Origin: a cyanobacterium endosymbiont of Rhopalodia gibba
GTDB lineage: Bacteria > Cyanobacteriota > Cyanobacteriia > Cyanobacteriales > Microcystaceae
Assembly (NCBI GenBank): GCA_045159875.1
Contig: CP067995.1
Coordinates: 2,976,001 to 3,040,000, forward strand
Reading direction: 5' to 3'
Length of the DNA: 64,000 nucleotides
The position numbers were made by a program, and so were the translations under genes. The notes below the pieces were generated by a model that saw nothing but the letters and a program-made list of their open reading frames with translations, was not told the DNA's origin and ran no database searches. This document shows positions 11,747-22,796 of the stretch, piece after piece; position 1 is the first letter of the stretch, and every line of letters starts with the position of its first letter.

Positions 11747-13477
11747 ATGCAAATGATTGATGATCTCAATAAGCTTCTAGAAATTCTACCCTCCACTATT
11801 CGAGCTAAAATTGAAGAATATCCTCAGCATGATAATTTAATTGAAGTTGTAATGGATTTAGGAAGGTTGCCTGAAGCACGTTTTCCTGATACAGCATTGT
11901 GTCTAGGAGATATTCCCGTTTCTGCTAAAGATTTAAATTATAGTATTGAGCGCATTGGACATTTTAGTGGCGATAACCGGGCCGGAATTGAGCGCACTCT
12001 ACATCGTATTAGTGCTATTCGCAATCGCAGTGGAGAGATTATCGGTTTAACCTGTCGTATGGGACGGGCTGTTTTTGGGACCATTACCTTAATTCAGGAT
12101 TTAGTGGAAACAGGAAAATCTCTATTGATGTTAGGTCGTCCTGGGGTAGGGAAGACCACTGCTTTACGGGAAATTGCACGGGTATTAGCCGATGATTTAC
12201 ATAGGAGAGTCGTGATTATCGATACCTCTAATGAAATTGCCGGAGACGGAGATATTCCCCATCCTGCTATTGGTCGTGCCCGACGGATGCAAGTAGCTAG
12301 TCCTGAATTGCAGCACAAAGTGATGATTGAGGCAGTGGAAAACCATATGCCAGAAGTCATTGTTATTGATGAAATTGGAACTGAACTTGAAGCATTAGCC
12401 GCCCGTACTATTGCTGAAAGGGGAGTTCAATTAGTGGGAACTGCCCACGGTAATCGCATTGAAAATTTGACTAAAAATCCGACTCTTTCTGATTTAGTTG
12501 GCGGTATTCAGGCAGTAATACTAGGAGATGAGGAAGCTAGGCGACGGAGTTCGCAAAAAACTATATTAGAACGGAAAGCTCCTCCCACCTTTGAAATCGC
12601 TATTGAAATGTTAGAACGTCAGCGTTGGGTGATTCATGAAGATGTTTCTAAAACCGTCGATCTTCTCCTGCGTGGTGGCAAACCGATTTCCCCAATCAGA
12701 ACGGTCGACAACTACGGACGGATTCAAATTACCCAGGAAACCTCTGAGAGCTCACCTAATAATGCCTTGGGAGTCCATTCTTTTTTAGCAGCACCAGAAC
12801 GCCCTATAAGATGGCGTACATCAGGGCAGATGAGTCCGATCGTCCCTTTCCTCAGCCAACAAAAGGAAGGGTTAGCTTCAGAATTTGATCGTCTGTTAGA
12901 TGCTTCCTGGCATCAACCAGAGTCAACAAATCATAAGGTCCGTACTCCAGGTCCGAATGGCGAGGATTTTCCTGTATATATTTACCCTTACGGTATTGGA
13001 CGATCACAGATTGAACAAGTAATCGACATTCTCAATCTTCCGATTGTGTTAACTAAGGATTTACGTGATGCTGATGTGGTGGTAGCCTTAAGATCACACG
13101 TTAGAAACCAATCTAAACTGTGTCAAATTGTTAAGGTTCGTCAAATTCCTATTCATGGGGTAAAGTCTAATACAATTCCTCAAATTACCCGAACTTTGCA
13201 GCGAATTTTAGGTATGGATGAGCTAAAGTTTCCTGAAACAGCCGATTTACGCTTGTTTAAGAGTTTAGGCAATGATGATGAGTTAGAGGCTTTAGAAGAA
13301 GCTAGATTAGCAGTAGAAAGGGTTGTGCTGCCTAAAAGACAACCTGTGGAATTATTACCGCGATCATCTAAAGTGAGAAAAATGCAACATGAATTGGTAG
13401 AACATTACCGTTTACAATCTGATAGTTTTGGAGAAGAACCTAACCGTAGACTGCGAATCTATCCCGCCTCAGTCTGA
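11747..13477 (+). CDS. ycf45: Ycf45-family AAA+ ATPase with C-terminal R3H domain
   Basis: VVMDLGRLPEARF, Walker A GRPGVGKT, DTSNEIAGDGD, VIVIDEIG, and R3H motif RKMQHELV...EEPNRR. Confidence 0.88.
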   Translation: MQMIDDLNKLLEILPSTIRAKIEEYPQHDNLIEVVMDLGRLPEARFPDTALCLGDIPVSAKDLNYSIERIGHFSGDNRAGIERTLHRISAIRNRSGEIIGLTCRMGRAVFGTITLIQDLVETGKSLLMLGRPGVGKTTALREIARVLADDLHRRVVIIDTSNEIAGDGDIPHPAIGRARRMQVASPELQHKVMIEAVENHMPEVIVIDEIGTELEALAARTIAERGVQLVGTAHGNRIENLTKNPTLSDLVGGIQAVILGDEEARRRSSQKTILERKAPPTFEIAIEMLERQRWVIHEDVSKTVDLLLRGGKPISPIRTVDNYGRIQITQETSESSPNNALGVHSFLAAPERPIRWRTSGQMSPIVPFLSQQKEGLASEFDRLLDASWHQPESTNHKVRTPGPNGEDFPVYIYPYGIGRSQIEQVIDILNLPIVLTKDLRDADVVVALRSHVRNQSKLCQIVKVRQIPIHGVKSNTIPQITRTLQRILGMDELKFPETADLRLFKSLGNDDELEALEEARLAVERVVLPKRQPVELLPRSSKVRKMQHELVEHYRLQSDSFGEEPNRRLRIYPASV

Positions 13478-13601
13478 CTAAAATACTTAGTAAAGTAGAC
13501 GTAGTTCATCCTTGTGAATATTTTCACGAGAATGGTTCGATTTAATTGTTTATTATAATTTTTAATATTTTCGCACTTCAAACGCTAAGTAATTTATCTC
13601 G

Positions 13602-13623
13602 TATTACGACTATAGTCGTAATA
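13602..13623. repeat. 22-bp perfect palindrome
   Basis: tattacgactatagtcgtaata. Confidence 0.85.
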
Positions 13624-14010
13624 GTTATTGAATCTATTCATCAAACAATCAATCATCAAGATATTGTAGCAGTGATGGAATTGACAAACAACAATTATAT
13701 TCATTGATATACTAACTTTTCTCAACCTTTGTAAGAGAAATAAACTCTTAAAATGTTATTTGGAAAATTGGTCTAAGGTATTCTTGATGATTTTTATTTA
13801 TTAATGATGATATCGCTACAGAGGATAAGTGAACCGTTAGATTTCTTTGGCATCTTGAACGTGATGGCATTTCTTTTGCCAATGAAAGAAGAGTTAGTCA
13901 TCATCGCTTATCAAAAAAAAGCATAAAGTTACTTTAGAGTTAAATATTATTAAATCCCCTGTTAAATTAAGTAAAATAGCTTGTTTAATTATTCACTTGA
14001 TAGTACCGCT
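13624..14010 (+). pseudogene. Remnant of NTF2/SnoaL-like family gene
   Basis: Fragments VIESIHQTINHQDIVAVMELTNNNYIH*YTNFSQPL*EK, DDIATEDK*TVRFLWHLERDGISF and IIKSPVKLSKIACLIIHLIVPL resemble cyanobacterial SnoaL-like proteins. Several stops and frameshifts. Confidence 0.6.
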
Positions 14011-14914
14011 AATTTAGCGAACATTTTTAGGACAAATTATAGTCCGGTTTACAAAAGTAACTGACGAAGTTGTCCAGTTTGTTCTGATGTTGCTTTTAGG
14101 CTCTTCTATGCCGTATTTTTTATATGCTTGATTCTAATTCTCTATAAAAATTGAGCTGATGTAGAGTGGGAATTTAAGCTGAGTATTAAACAGAAAAAAA
14201 TTAAAAAACTTCTCTTGTTCAAGAGAAGCATAAGAACTAGCTATAATGTCTAACATCACTGCTAAATTTTTTTTAGAAGAGAACCTATTATATTGGAGTT
14301 AATTTTTAATAAAAATTTTAATTTTTAAAAAAATTTATAAACTTTAGCTTAGTATGTTTTCTAATTCTGGTTCTATTTTTGGTGAAGTTTTTTGCATTTT
14401 ACTTCTGATTAGCGTATTACTAATCAGATTAAATTTATCAGCAATATCTACTTTGACTTAGGAAGTTGAATCGAACTAACCTCTAATAACTTTCCCACAT
14501 TAGCTGCTATCCTATCCAAAGAATAGAAAAATAAGTGACTGTGAAAAACAAAATAACATTCAAAATATTCTAATTAGTGTCATAAAACATCCTAACAGAA
14601 TATAAAAAATCTCTTTAAAACCAAATTACACCTTTTCCACAAAACATTGTGTAAAAATTTCTCTACAATTGTCTGTTTATAGAATTTTTACCCAATAGTT
14701 ACTAACTTTAAGCAGCCGTATCTTTTTGGGTTGCGAAGGGATCTTAATTTTTAAACTCTAATTTTACCTATTAAAATAACTATTAAAATTTCTGTTAATT
14801 AACACACTATATTAACTAATTTTTATTAGTCTTTCTTTACACTAACCGCTATTTTTAGAAATTGTGTATCACAATAAAGTAACCCTCAAAGAGCAAGACT
14901 TTAAATATAGTTTT

Positions 14915-14949
14915 TTAGTAACCAATGATTAGAAATCACTGGTTACTAA
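14915..14949 (-). terminator. Hairpin terminator of petL
   Basis: ttagtaacca-atgatt-aga-aatcac-tggttactaa, 6 bp after the petL stop and followed by an A-run on the - strand (no U-tract). Confidence 0.55.
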
Positions 14950-14955
14950 TGATCC

Positions 14956-15057
14956 TTAGATGATTTTGGCAACCCGTAGACCAAAATATAATCCTAAGGC
15001 GATCACTGTGAATACCATGAGATATCCTACAAAAGCACAGACAGCAAAAGTAGACAT
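14956..15057 (-). CDS. petL: Cytochrome b6f subunit VI (PetL); missing from the ORF track
   Basis: Translation MSTFAVCAFVGYLMVFTVIALGLYFGLRVAKII* shows one TM helix and the PetL C-terminal GLYFGLRxAKII motif. GGAG RBS upstream. Confidence 0.88.
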   Translation of the reverse strand: MSTFAVCAFVGYLMVFTVIALGLYFGLRVAKII

Positions 15058-15112
15058 TTTTGACAACTCCTGATGATGATGATTATGGAGTTATTGTACT
15101 CGAAAATGCTCC

Positions 15113-15340
15113 TCAATCAACATCGTTATTTGATAGCAATATTTCTTCTAAAAGAGTTTTCTGATATGAACTAATATCTTTGAATTCCGGGAGAGCAAGA
15201 TTAACACTTTGTAAATCATCCTCTTGAAGATTAGCCATATTTAATTTTGCTTCTTTTAAATCTAAGTCACTAAGACTAGTAATTATTAAATTAGCTTTTA
15301 AAAAAATAAAATTAGCTAAATCAATTTTAGTGAAATTCAC
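15113..15340 (-). pseudogene. Degenerate pentapeptide-repeat protein remnant
   Basis: Eroded A(D/N)Lxx repeats: IDLAN..LKANL..SDLDLKEAKLNMANLQEDDLQSVNL. Short, with a weak start codon. Confidence 0.6.
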
Positions 15341-16152
15341 TAGAGTTTTCTTCTAAAGTTCAAATGAAATTATGAGTTAAGGGGAACTATTATAATTTCT
15401 ATATTTTAGTTTAAAATTTTTATTAAATATTTTTAAAAAAAGATTTTATACATTCTATTTTTAATTTTTATTCATGTAAATCATGGCTAACTTAGGGTGT
15501 CTTATTTTCAATAAAACCTTCTTTTATAAAAAAAAAGTTTTAAAAGATAGTAGTTTAATAGAGTTGAGATACATACAACTGTTTACTATAAAAATTTTCT
15601 AACTCTTTATCTCTTTACAAGAGAAAAGAGTTATTAATGATAAAAATATTAAGTTTTTAAGCATAATATAAAAAGTTATTTTTTTACCAAATAAATTTAT
15701 ATCAGACTTCTTCCGCACAAAAACTTCTTTTGATGAGCTATTATTCTCTAATAAATTAATACTCTCTTTTGGTATCAACTAGTATCAGTAAAATATTTTA
15801 ATTTTAAGTTAAATTAAAATATTTCTTCTAAAGAAATGCTACTAGATAGTAGCTGCAATAATTACAATTAATTAATCTCAACTTTTATAGGAGAAATACC
15901 TATATTTAGTTACCTTTTTTGAATGATTAGGATAACCTGTACGTACGTTAAAAAAAGTAATATGAATAACCATATTTGTGTTATATTATCAAACTTAATT
16001 GAGAGCAAATATCACTATTTTAGTTATTATTTAGTTTTAGAGTTGATTGATTAACAGTCAGAATCTTTTGTCGTTGATCTAGTCCAACTTATGACATTGT
16101 CATTTACAATTAATAGATATTGACGATACTTACAAGAGGAAATAGTTGATCC

Positions 16153-17244
16153 GTGATATCTTCAATTCTTGAAGTTAAATTACCACATACCTCATATCAA
16201 GTTGTGGTCGCCTCAAACATTCTCAGTCAATTGGGGAATTATCTTGAACACCTTAACCTCGGTCAAAAAATTCTTCTAATTTCTAATCCAGAAATTTTTT
16301 ATCATTATGGGAAAATAGTAGTCGACTCTCTCACCAAATCGGGATTTAAAGTGTTTAATCATATGATCCCTTCTGGAGAACCTTATAAAACTCTAGATCT
16401 GATTGCCCGAGTTTATGATACTGCCCTAAAAAATCGTCTCGAACGGTCATCAACCATGGTAGCTCTAGGAGGGGGAGTTATTGGTGATATGACAGGCTTT
16501 GCAGCGGCTACATGGCTTAGAGGAATCAATTTTGTTCAGGTCCCTACATCCCTTTTAGGAATGGTAGATGCTTCTATTGGGGGCAAGACAGGGGTTAACC
16601 ATCCCGAAGGAAAAAACCTGATCGGGGCATTTTATCAACCTCGTTTAGTGTTTATTGATCCCTTCGTATTGAAAACTTTACCTGTGAGAGAATTCCGTGC
16701 AGGAATGGCGGAAGTGATTAAATATGGAATTATTTGGGACAAAGATTTGTTTAGCCAATTAGAACAAGTCACGATCCTTGATAATTTAGATAGTTTAAGT
16801 CATAAATTATTACAGACTATTATAACCCGATCTTGTCAAGCGAAGATAGATGTGGTCAATAAAGATGAAAAAGAAGCAGACTTACGAGCTATTTTAAATT
16901 ACGGTCATACTATTGGTCATGCGATAGAAAGTTTAACTGGGTATGGAATAATCAATCATGGAGAAGCAGTAGGAATGGGAATGGTAGCGGCAGGCAAAAT
17001 TGCTGTTAAGTTGCGATTGTGGACTAAAGAAGAAGCTAAACGGCAAGATAATTTAATTGCAAAAGTAGGATTACCAACTGCTTTTCCTAAAATGTTAAAA
17101 ATTGACGAAGTTATTAATGTTTTACAGGCTGATAAAAAAGTGAGAGCTAGTAAAGTTCGTTTTATTCTCCCGACAGAAATTGGAAAAGTTATTATTAGTG
17201 ATAACGTTTCATCTCAAATCATCAGAGACTGTTTATTTGTATAG
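16153..17244 (+). CDS. aroB: 3-dehydroquinate synthase
   Basis: [56 protein letters not shown]. Confidence 0.97.
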   Translation: MISSILEVKLPHTSYQVVVASNILSQLGNYLEHLNLGQKILLISNPEIFYHYGKIVVDSLTKSGFKVFNHMIPSGEPYKTLDLIARVYDTALKNRLERSSTMVALGGGVIGDMTGFAAATWLRGINFVQVPTSLLGMVDASIGGKTGVNHPEGKNLIGAFYQPRLVFIDPFVLKTLPVREFRAGMAEVIKYGIIWDKDLFSQLEQVTILDNLDSLSHKLLQTIITRSCQAKIDVVNKDEKEADLRAILNYGHTIGHAIESLTGYGIINHGEAVGMGMVAAGKIAVKLRLWTKEEAKRQDNLIAKVGLPTAFPKMLKIDEVINVLQADKKVRASKVRFILPTEIGKVIISDNVSSQIIRDCLFV

Positions 17245-17429
17245 ATATAGATATTTATTTATTATTTACATTTTTTGCACACAAAAAATGACTCTCAATT
17301 ATGTTGTTTAAACAGTTAATTTTATTAAACCTTGTAAAACTTTTGTTGAATTATTATTAATATAATACTTAATTTATATTACTATTATTTTTATGATAAA
17401 ATGTTTTAGTCAGTTTTTTAAATATTATC

Positions 17430-17722
17430 TATTCTTGTTCACCATAATTAATATCAGCTTTAGTAATAGCTTCACAAATCTGTAGTAACAAAAGGACTAA
17501 AATATTATTGCCACCAAAGATTGATACTAGACTCCAAACTTTACATTGTCCTGCTTTTATATCATTTTCTATCGCTTCAATATAACAACAAAATAATTAT
17601 ACTGCTTTATTTAAATCCGCAATTAGTAATTACTGAATATGCTCAAAAAAGTAATTCCTAGCTATTAATTTAGTAAAATCAATCTCTCCATCTGCTAATG
17701 CTAATAATGTTATAGAACCCAT
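17430..17722 (-). pseudogene. Possible TerB-family (tellurite resistance-like) remnant
   Basis: Fragments MGSITLLALADGEIDF and LLQICEAITKADINYGEQE* resemble the two TerB ADG motifs. The region between them is frameshifted. Confidence 0.45.
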
Positions 17723-18600
17723 TCTACTTTAAAAAATTTACAATTGTAGACTTTGGTTTGATGTTAGTTAAGTAATGATTTAAGGGGGTGATAATTCCTG
17801 TCATGGTTTTAAGTTTTAAAATATTAGTTTTTTGAATCTATTAAGTTTGTTAATTAATCTCAACTAGAACTGATTTTCAAAGTTAGCGGAGAATAATTAA
17901 ACCTATTGTTTAAATCTATTAGTTTTATCTAAAACATAACGAAAATACTCATCAAAGATGAGCTATAAAAGTTTTACTCTACATTAGCTAAAAATTAAGA
18001 CAGCCCTTGGGTAAAAAAGTTACATTTATAACCTTGTCAGTTAGCTGCTAATAGCTCTTGGCAATCAGTTTATAGATCATCTTAAAACTGTTACATTAAG
18101 GTCTTAGAGAATAAGTAGTTTTTTCGATTTAAAAAACATAGTTATTGTGTTAAAAATAAACTGACAAACTACAAGTTATCTAATAATAAGAAAATATTGG
18201 TTGATTATGTAGCAAAACTTTACTAAAAAATGTCAATATAATGTAAAAATAAAATGATTAAAAATACTTTTATGTCAATTCAATATAACAGTTATTAGAT
18301 TATATAATCTAACGATTTAGACATAAAATATTATATAAGAACTCAAAAGTAATTAATTATTAGAATTTATCAATATCTTAACTATAAAACAGTATTATAA
18401 CTAGAGCATTATCAATCGATAAATATTCTAAAAAAGGGTCATAATATCTAGGTAATTATTTTTTCAGGAGTGTGAAACATTCGTAAACTAACTAAAATGT
18501 CTTAGGAGAGTCCGATCTCTGAGTTATTAAAGAGATGGAGACATTAAGAACCTAAGCTGTTCTGTTGAGCAAAAAATTCCTAACGATGATTTGGAAACAA

Positions 18601-18633
18601 TCCCCCACTGGAATCACAGATCTTAGTGGGGGA
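18601..18633 (-). terminator. GC-rich hairpin downstream of the RHH gene
   Basis: tcccccact...agtggggga, 5 bp past the stop. Confidence 0.6.
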
Positions 18634-18638
18634 GTATG

Positions 18639-19007
18639 TTAATGATTAGTGATACTCTCTATACTTAAAGGGACTAAATCTCCGTGAATGGTCAATCCCA
18701 ATAACATAAGTTCGTTCTCTGGAATTAGTTTACCTGTGAGAACACAGCTTTCATCTTTTCTAGCAGAGGCTTCGATAGTAGCACGAATATCCATTTTAGA
18801 AAATTGAGGTCGGTAATCTCCCGATTTCTGTTGCACATAGTTCCAAAGAATATCTCTGATCAATGCTTGATAACCCTGATTTCCTGCTAATTCTTTGAGT
18901 TTTTGTTTTAAAGTTCGTTCTAAGCGAATACTGGTAACTTCCATCTCGGTTGTCGAAGTCCGTGGAAGGGTTCGCATAATGTTGGTCTCCAAAAAGTGCG
19001 GATGCAT
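18639..19007 (-). CDS. Ribbon-helix-helix (CopG-like) putative transcriptional regulator; true start probably MRTLPR at 18977
   Basis: VTSIRLERTLKQKLKELAGNQGYQALIRDILWNYV fits the RHH beta-strand/helix/helix pattern. Own terminator. Confidence 0.75.
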   Translation of the reverse strand: MHPHFLETNIMRTLPRTSTTEMEVTSIRLERTLKQKLKELAGNQGYQALIRDILWNYVQQKSGDYRPQFSKMDIRATIEASARKDESCVLTGKLIPENELMLLGLTIHGDLVPLSIESITNH

Positions 19008-19941
19008 GTGCTACAAGTGTATATGACTACCCTATTGACAAACAAGTGGAAGTTATGAATCAAAAATCATATCGGAATATGTACTTTTTGGTACGGATAA
19101 AGTGATCGCTATATATTAGGTTCACTCAAAACCTTTTAATGATTACTAAATATTATCTATAGTCAAAGGACTAAAGTTTAGTTTAAATTGTTTAAAATAA
19201 ATAAAATTATAGTTGGCTTTAAGAGCTATTATTTTAGCATTTGATGCCAGTTATATGTAAATTATATTACTATAAAACTTCAAATTGAGAAAGGTTGACA
19301 AAATATTAAAAAGTAGAATTAAGATCACCGTATGTTGTAAAATTATTGATCCTATATTATCATTTTACAACTTATTTTAATCTCAATAAACTAACAATTT
19401 ATCTTAAATCAAAGAACTAGATTTTTACTGACTTAATTTAACTTTTATTTTTTTTGAAAAGATAACTTTTGAAATTAAATACCTTTGTTCTATTAATAGC
19501 TGCGATATTATTTTTGAATAAACAATTATCTTATACTCATATAATATCAGTTTTGCTCCCTTTATTTTTGACGATTATTTTGTGTTTTATTCACTCTGTA
19601 TTTAGGTTCATATATTTCGGCATTTTAGCTTTGCTTAAGATTTTTTTAAATCACAAGTTAAGACTAATAGTATTTACTCTAAAACGACCTCTAGAAAAGC
19701 GTAATTGTTGCTAAGTTTTTTTCTAGAATTTATTAAATTTGTAATTGTTATTTAATCTTATTTCAGTAAAAATATCATTTTTTAGCACTTACTTGTGTTT
19801 GGCAAACTTCTATTAGGTTCAAGAGTTAACTTGAATCTAATTAAAATTAAATGGATGGATAAGGTCCATGTATTCTAGGTATTTTTTACTAATTTAATAA
19901 GAAGTCACTGAAGTGATTATTTGAGGTGATTGTTAGTTCTT

Positions 19942-19994
19942 ATATAAGCATGGATTAATGGATATAGTTATTACCTATTAATCCATGCTTATAT
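19942..19994. repeat. 18-bp perfect inverted repeat with no intact gene adjacent
   Basis: atataagcatggattaat-N17-attaatccatgcttatat. Confidence 0.85.
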
Positions 19995-21354
19995 TCCTAG
20001 TGATGGCCAACATTTAGCACCTATCTTTATAATTTGCAACAAATTTATTTAGTTTCTCTTTCTGACTTCAACAAAAAAATGAGTTAAAATTAATCTTACT
20101 TAAGCGGTGATGAAAATTATATAGCCTATATTTCCGCTGAACGAAGTAAGATTTTATAGATTATAATCTTCTGTATCAACGTTCAGAGCTTAATTGGTGC
20201 TAATAGTTGAGGTTTTGTTAGATAACTAACTATTAGTGCTAATGAAAGAAAAGTAACTTTTTAAACTATTTAATTAGGGCAGTAAAATATTGTAAATGCA
20301 ATTTAAAAAATAAATTCTATGACTTTAGCATATTACCGAATTTAGCTTAATATAAATAAATATTTTTTAATATTTTTATTCGATTATTTTTTATATGTTT
20401 AAATATGTATAATTTGTACTTTTTAAAAAATGTTATTTCTATATAAATAAGCTATTTTATTTTGCTTAAAATCATAATTAAATTAAAAACTAATAGATAC
20501 CTTAATCTTATTTAATATTTTTTATTAAGCTAAAAAATTGTTTTAAAGTTTCTTGTTTTATTGTTTTACAATTAACTATAAATTTGAAATATTCTAGCTC
20601 TATTTCAATAAATGCAAGTATTCTTTTATACTGTCTTAATAGCCTTTTAGCGTAAATTTTAACTCTAAAATATTAGAATAATTAATAGCAATTACTTAAT
20701 TATTTTTTTTACAAAAAAAGCTGCACTACTATTTTTAAATAGTGCTATAGTTACTACTATTTTAGCCTGTTATATTAACGTATTTAAAGTATTTTACGAT
20801 TTTTTTTTTATTTTAATTAAAACCTTTTTAGGCAAAGTTTATAGTTATTTTACTATCGTGCCAAATTTTCTTGTTTATATAATTTTTACACTCACTACTG
20901 TACATAAATCTACTAGTACTACATAATAATTTTTTTATTCTTAAATTACAGCAATTTTATCAATTGCTAACTTTTTTAATGTCTAAAATATTTTATCTAT
21001 ATTTTTTGAATTTAAATCTCAAAGATTTAAATAGTTTATTTTTTTTCACCTTATTACTTGTTTTATTCATAATGTTGATAGTTGATGCTTTCTAAAAATT
21101 AATTTTGAAGGAGATGCTTTTCTCTACTCTAGGAAAACTAACGCTATGATAGTTATTTTATGATTTTAATGAAATTTTCTAGTAGTCAGATTCTAATAAA
21201 TACTAGTTTATTTTTATCTCATTTGAAATCTAATAATGGGGAATGGTCAGTTCTATTAAGTCAAGAATCTTATCCATTAAACTAAGTTAAACATTTTAAC
21301 TGCTAGATATAAATTAAATGAAATTTTAAATTTAAAATAATTTAATCTAAACAA

Positions 21355-21395
21355 AAAATCCGCTGTTATATGTTATGCACATAACAGCGGATTTT
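21355..21395. repeat. 15-bp perfect inverted repeat, terminator-like, with no intact gene ending here
   Basis: aaaatccgctgttat-N11-ataacagcggatttt. Confidence 0.8.
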
Positions 21396-21787
21396 AATCT
21401 ATTATTATGAGTCAATTTATGATATGATTTATGTCTTCATGACAGAAAAAAATATCATTCTAATTAAACTAGAGTTTGATGAAATAGATAATTAATGTGT
21501 TTTTTAAAGTTAAAATATCGAAAAATATATGGCTTAGAATTGGAGGATTTAACCATTTGTTTGATTTTGAACCTTCTTCACAAAGCTTCAGTAATCACAC
21601 TAATAAAATGATTGAAGCCTATAATACTAAAGGTGACTTGATAACTGTACGTATTATAAAAATAATAAATTAAATCCTCTAAATTGAAATAATTGATGTT
21701 ACCAGGACCTAGATTGATCCATTGTTAAGTTATAATGCTCGAACTACGTTAGTAGATAATAATTAACTTTACTTAATCAAACGATAG

Positions 21788-22015
21788 ATGACTATTCAAA
21801 CGCTTACTTGTTCGTCTTTACCCGACTATCAGACCCCTATTAGTTCCTCAACTCAGCCGCGGTCACAAACAAAGATAGAATCAAATTCAGTAAGAAAACT
21901 GAGCAAATTCTATCAAGCAATACAGCAACTCCAATATTTGCATCTAGAAGCCGAAATTAATGTTCTTCTACAAGAGTTACAGGCCATGAAGCAAAATAAT
22001 CGAATGGAGAGTTAA
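21788..22015 (+). CDS. Small hypothetical protein (75 aa) with C-terminal coiled-coil
   Basis: Intact ORF with heptad-like YQAIQQLQYLHLEAEINVLLQELQAMKQ, followed directly by a terminator. Confidence 0.7.
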   Translation: MTIQTLTCSSLPDYQTPISSSTQPRSQTKIESNSVRKLSKFYQAIQQLQYLHLEAEINVLLQELQAMKQNNRMES

Positions 22016-22025
22016 TCCTAATCAG

Positions 22026-22051
22026 AAAGGCGATCAATCTGATCGCCTTTT
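22026..22051. terminator. Bidirectional intrinsic terminator between the 75-aa gene and rpe
   Basis: aaaggcgatca-atc-tgatcgccttt(t) between convergent genes. Confidence 0.75.
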
Positions 22052-22094
22052 ATCATTTTTGAGGACATACAAGCATGAACTCAAACCTTACAGG

Positions 22095-22796
22095 TTAAAC
22101 TGCTGCTAATTCTGGCTGAGGACGCTTGCTGTTTCGAATTTTTTCAATGGCTTCGTCATAACTGGGAGCTTTAAATATCGCTGACCCGGCAACAATAGCG
22201 TTAGCACCTGCTTCTAACACTTGCCAAGTATTGTCTGGTTTTAAACCTCCATCAACTTCAATCCAAGGATCTAGTCCGCGCTCATCACACATCTGACGGA
22301 GTGTACTAATTTTGCTTACCATTTCGGGAATAAAGCTTTGACCGCCAAATCCCGGATTAACACTCATAATCAGTACCAAGTCACATAGTTCCAAGACGTA
22401 CTCGATTAAGTTTAAGGGAGTAGAAGGATTAAGAACTACGCCAGCTTTTTTACCTAATTCTCGAATTTGTCCTAGGGTACGGTGTAAGTGAGGGGAAGCG
22501 TTATGTTCGGCATGAACAGAAATGATATCAGCACCAGCTTGGGCAAAATCAGCAACATATTTTTCAGGTTCAACAATCATTAAGTGAACGTCCAAAGGCT
22601 TGTTAGTGTATGGACGAATCGCCTTAATAACCAGTGGACCAATAGTGATGTTAGGGACAAAACGACCGTCCATGACATCAACATGAATCCAATCAGCTCC
22701 TGCTTTGTCTACAGCTCGGACTTCTTCTCCTAGAAGACTAAAGTCAGCTGAGAGAATGGAAGGGGAAATTACGATGGATTTAGTAGATTGGCTCAT
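22095..22796 (-). CDS. rpe: Ribulose-phosphate 3-epimerase
   Basis: [51 protein letters not shown]. Confidence 0.97.
   Translation of the reverse strand: MSQSTKSIVISPSILSADFSLLGEEVRAVDKAGADWIHVDVMDGRFVPNITIGPLVIKAIRPYTNKPLDVHLMIVEPEKYVADFAQAGADIISVHAEHNASPHLHRTLGQIRELGKKAGVVLNPSTPLNLIEYVLELCDLVLIMSVNPGFGGQSFIPEMVSKISTLRQMCDERGLDPWIEVDGGLKPDNTWQVLEAGANAIVAGSAIFKAPSYDEAIEKIRNSKRPQPELAAV

Noticed and set aside
19079..19096. TGTAC-N5-GGTAC upstream of the RHH gene as a LexA box
   Set aside because: The spacing does not match the cyanobacterial RGTAC-NNND-GTWC consensus.
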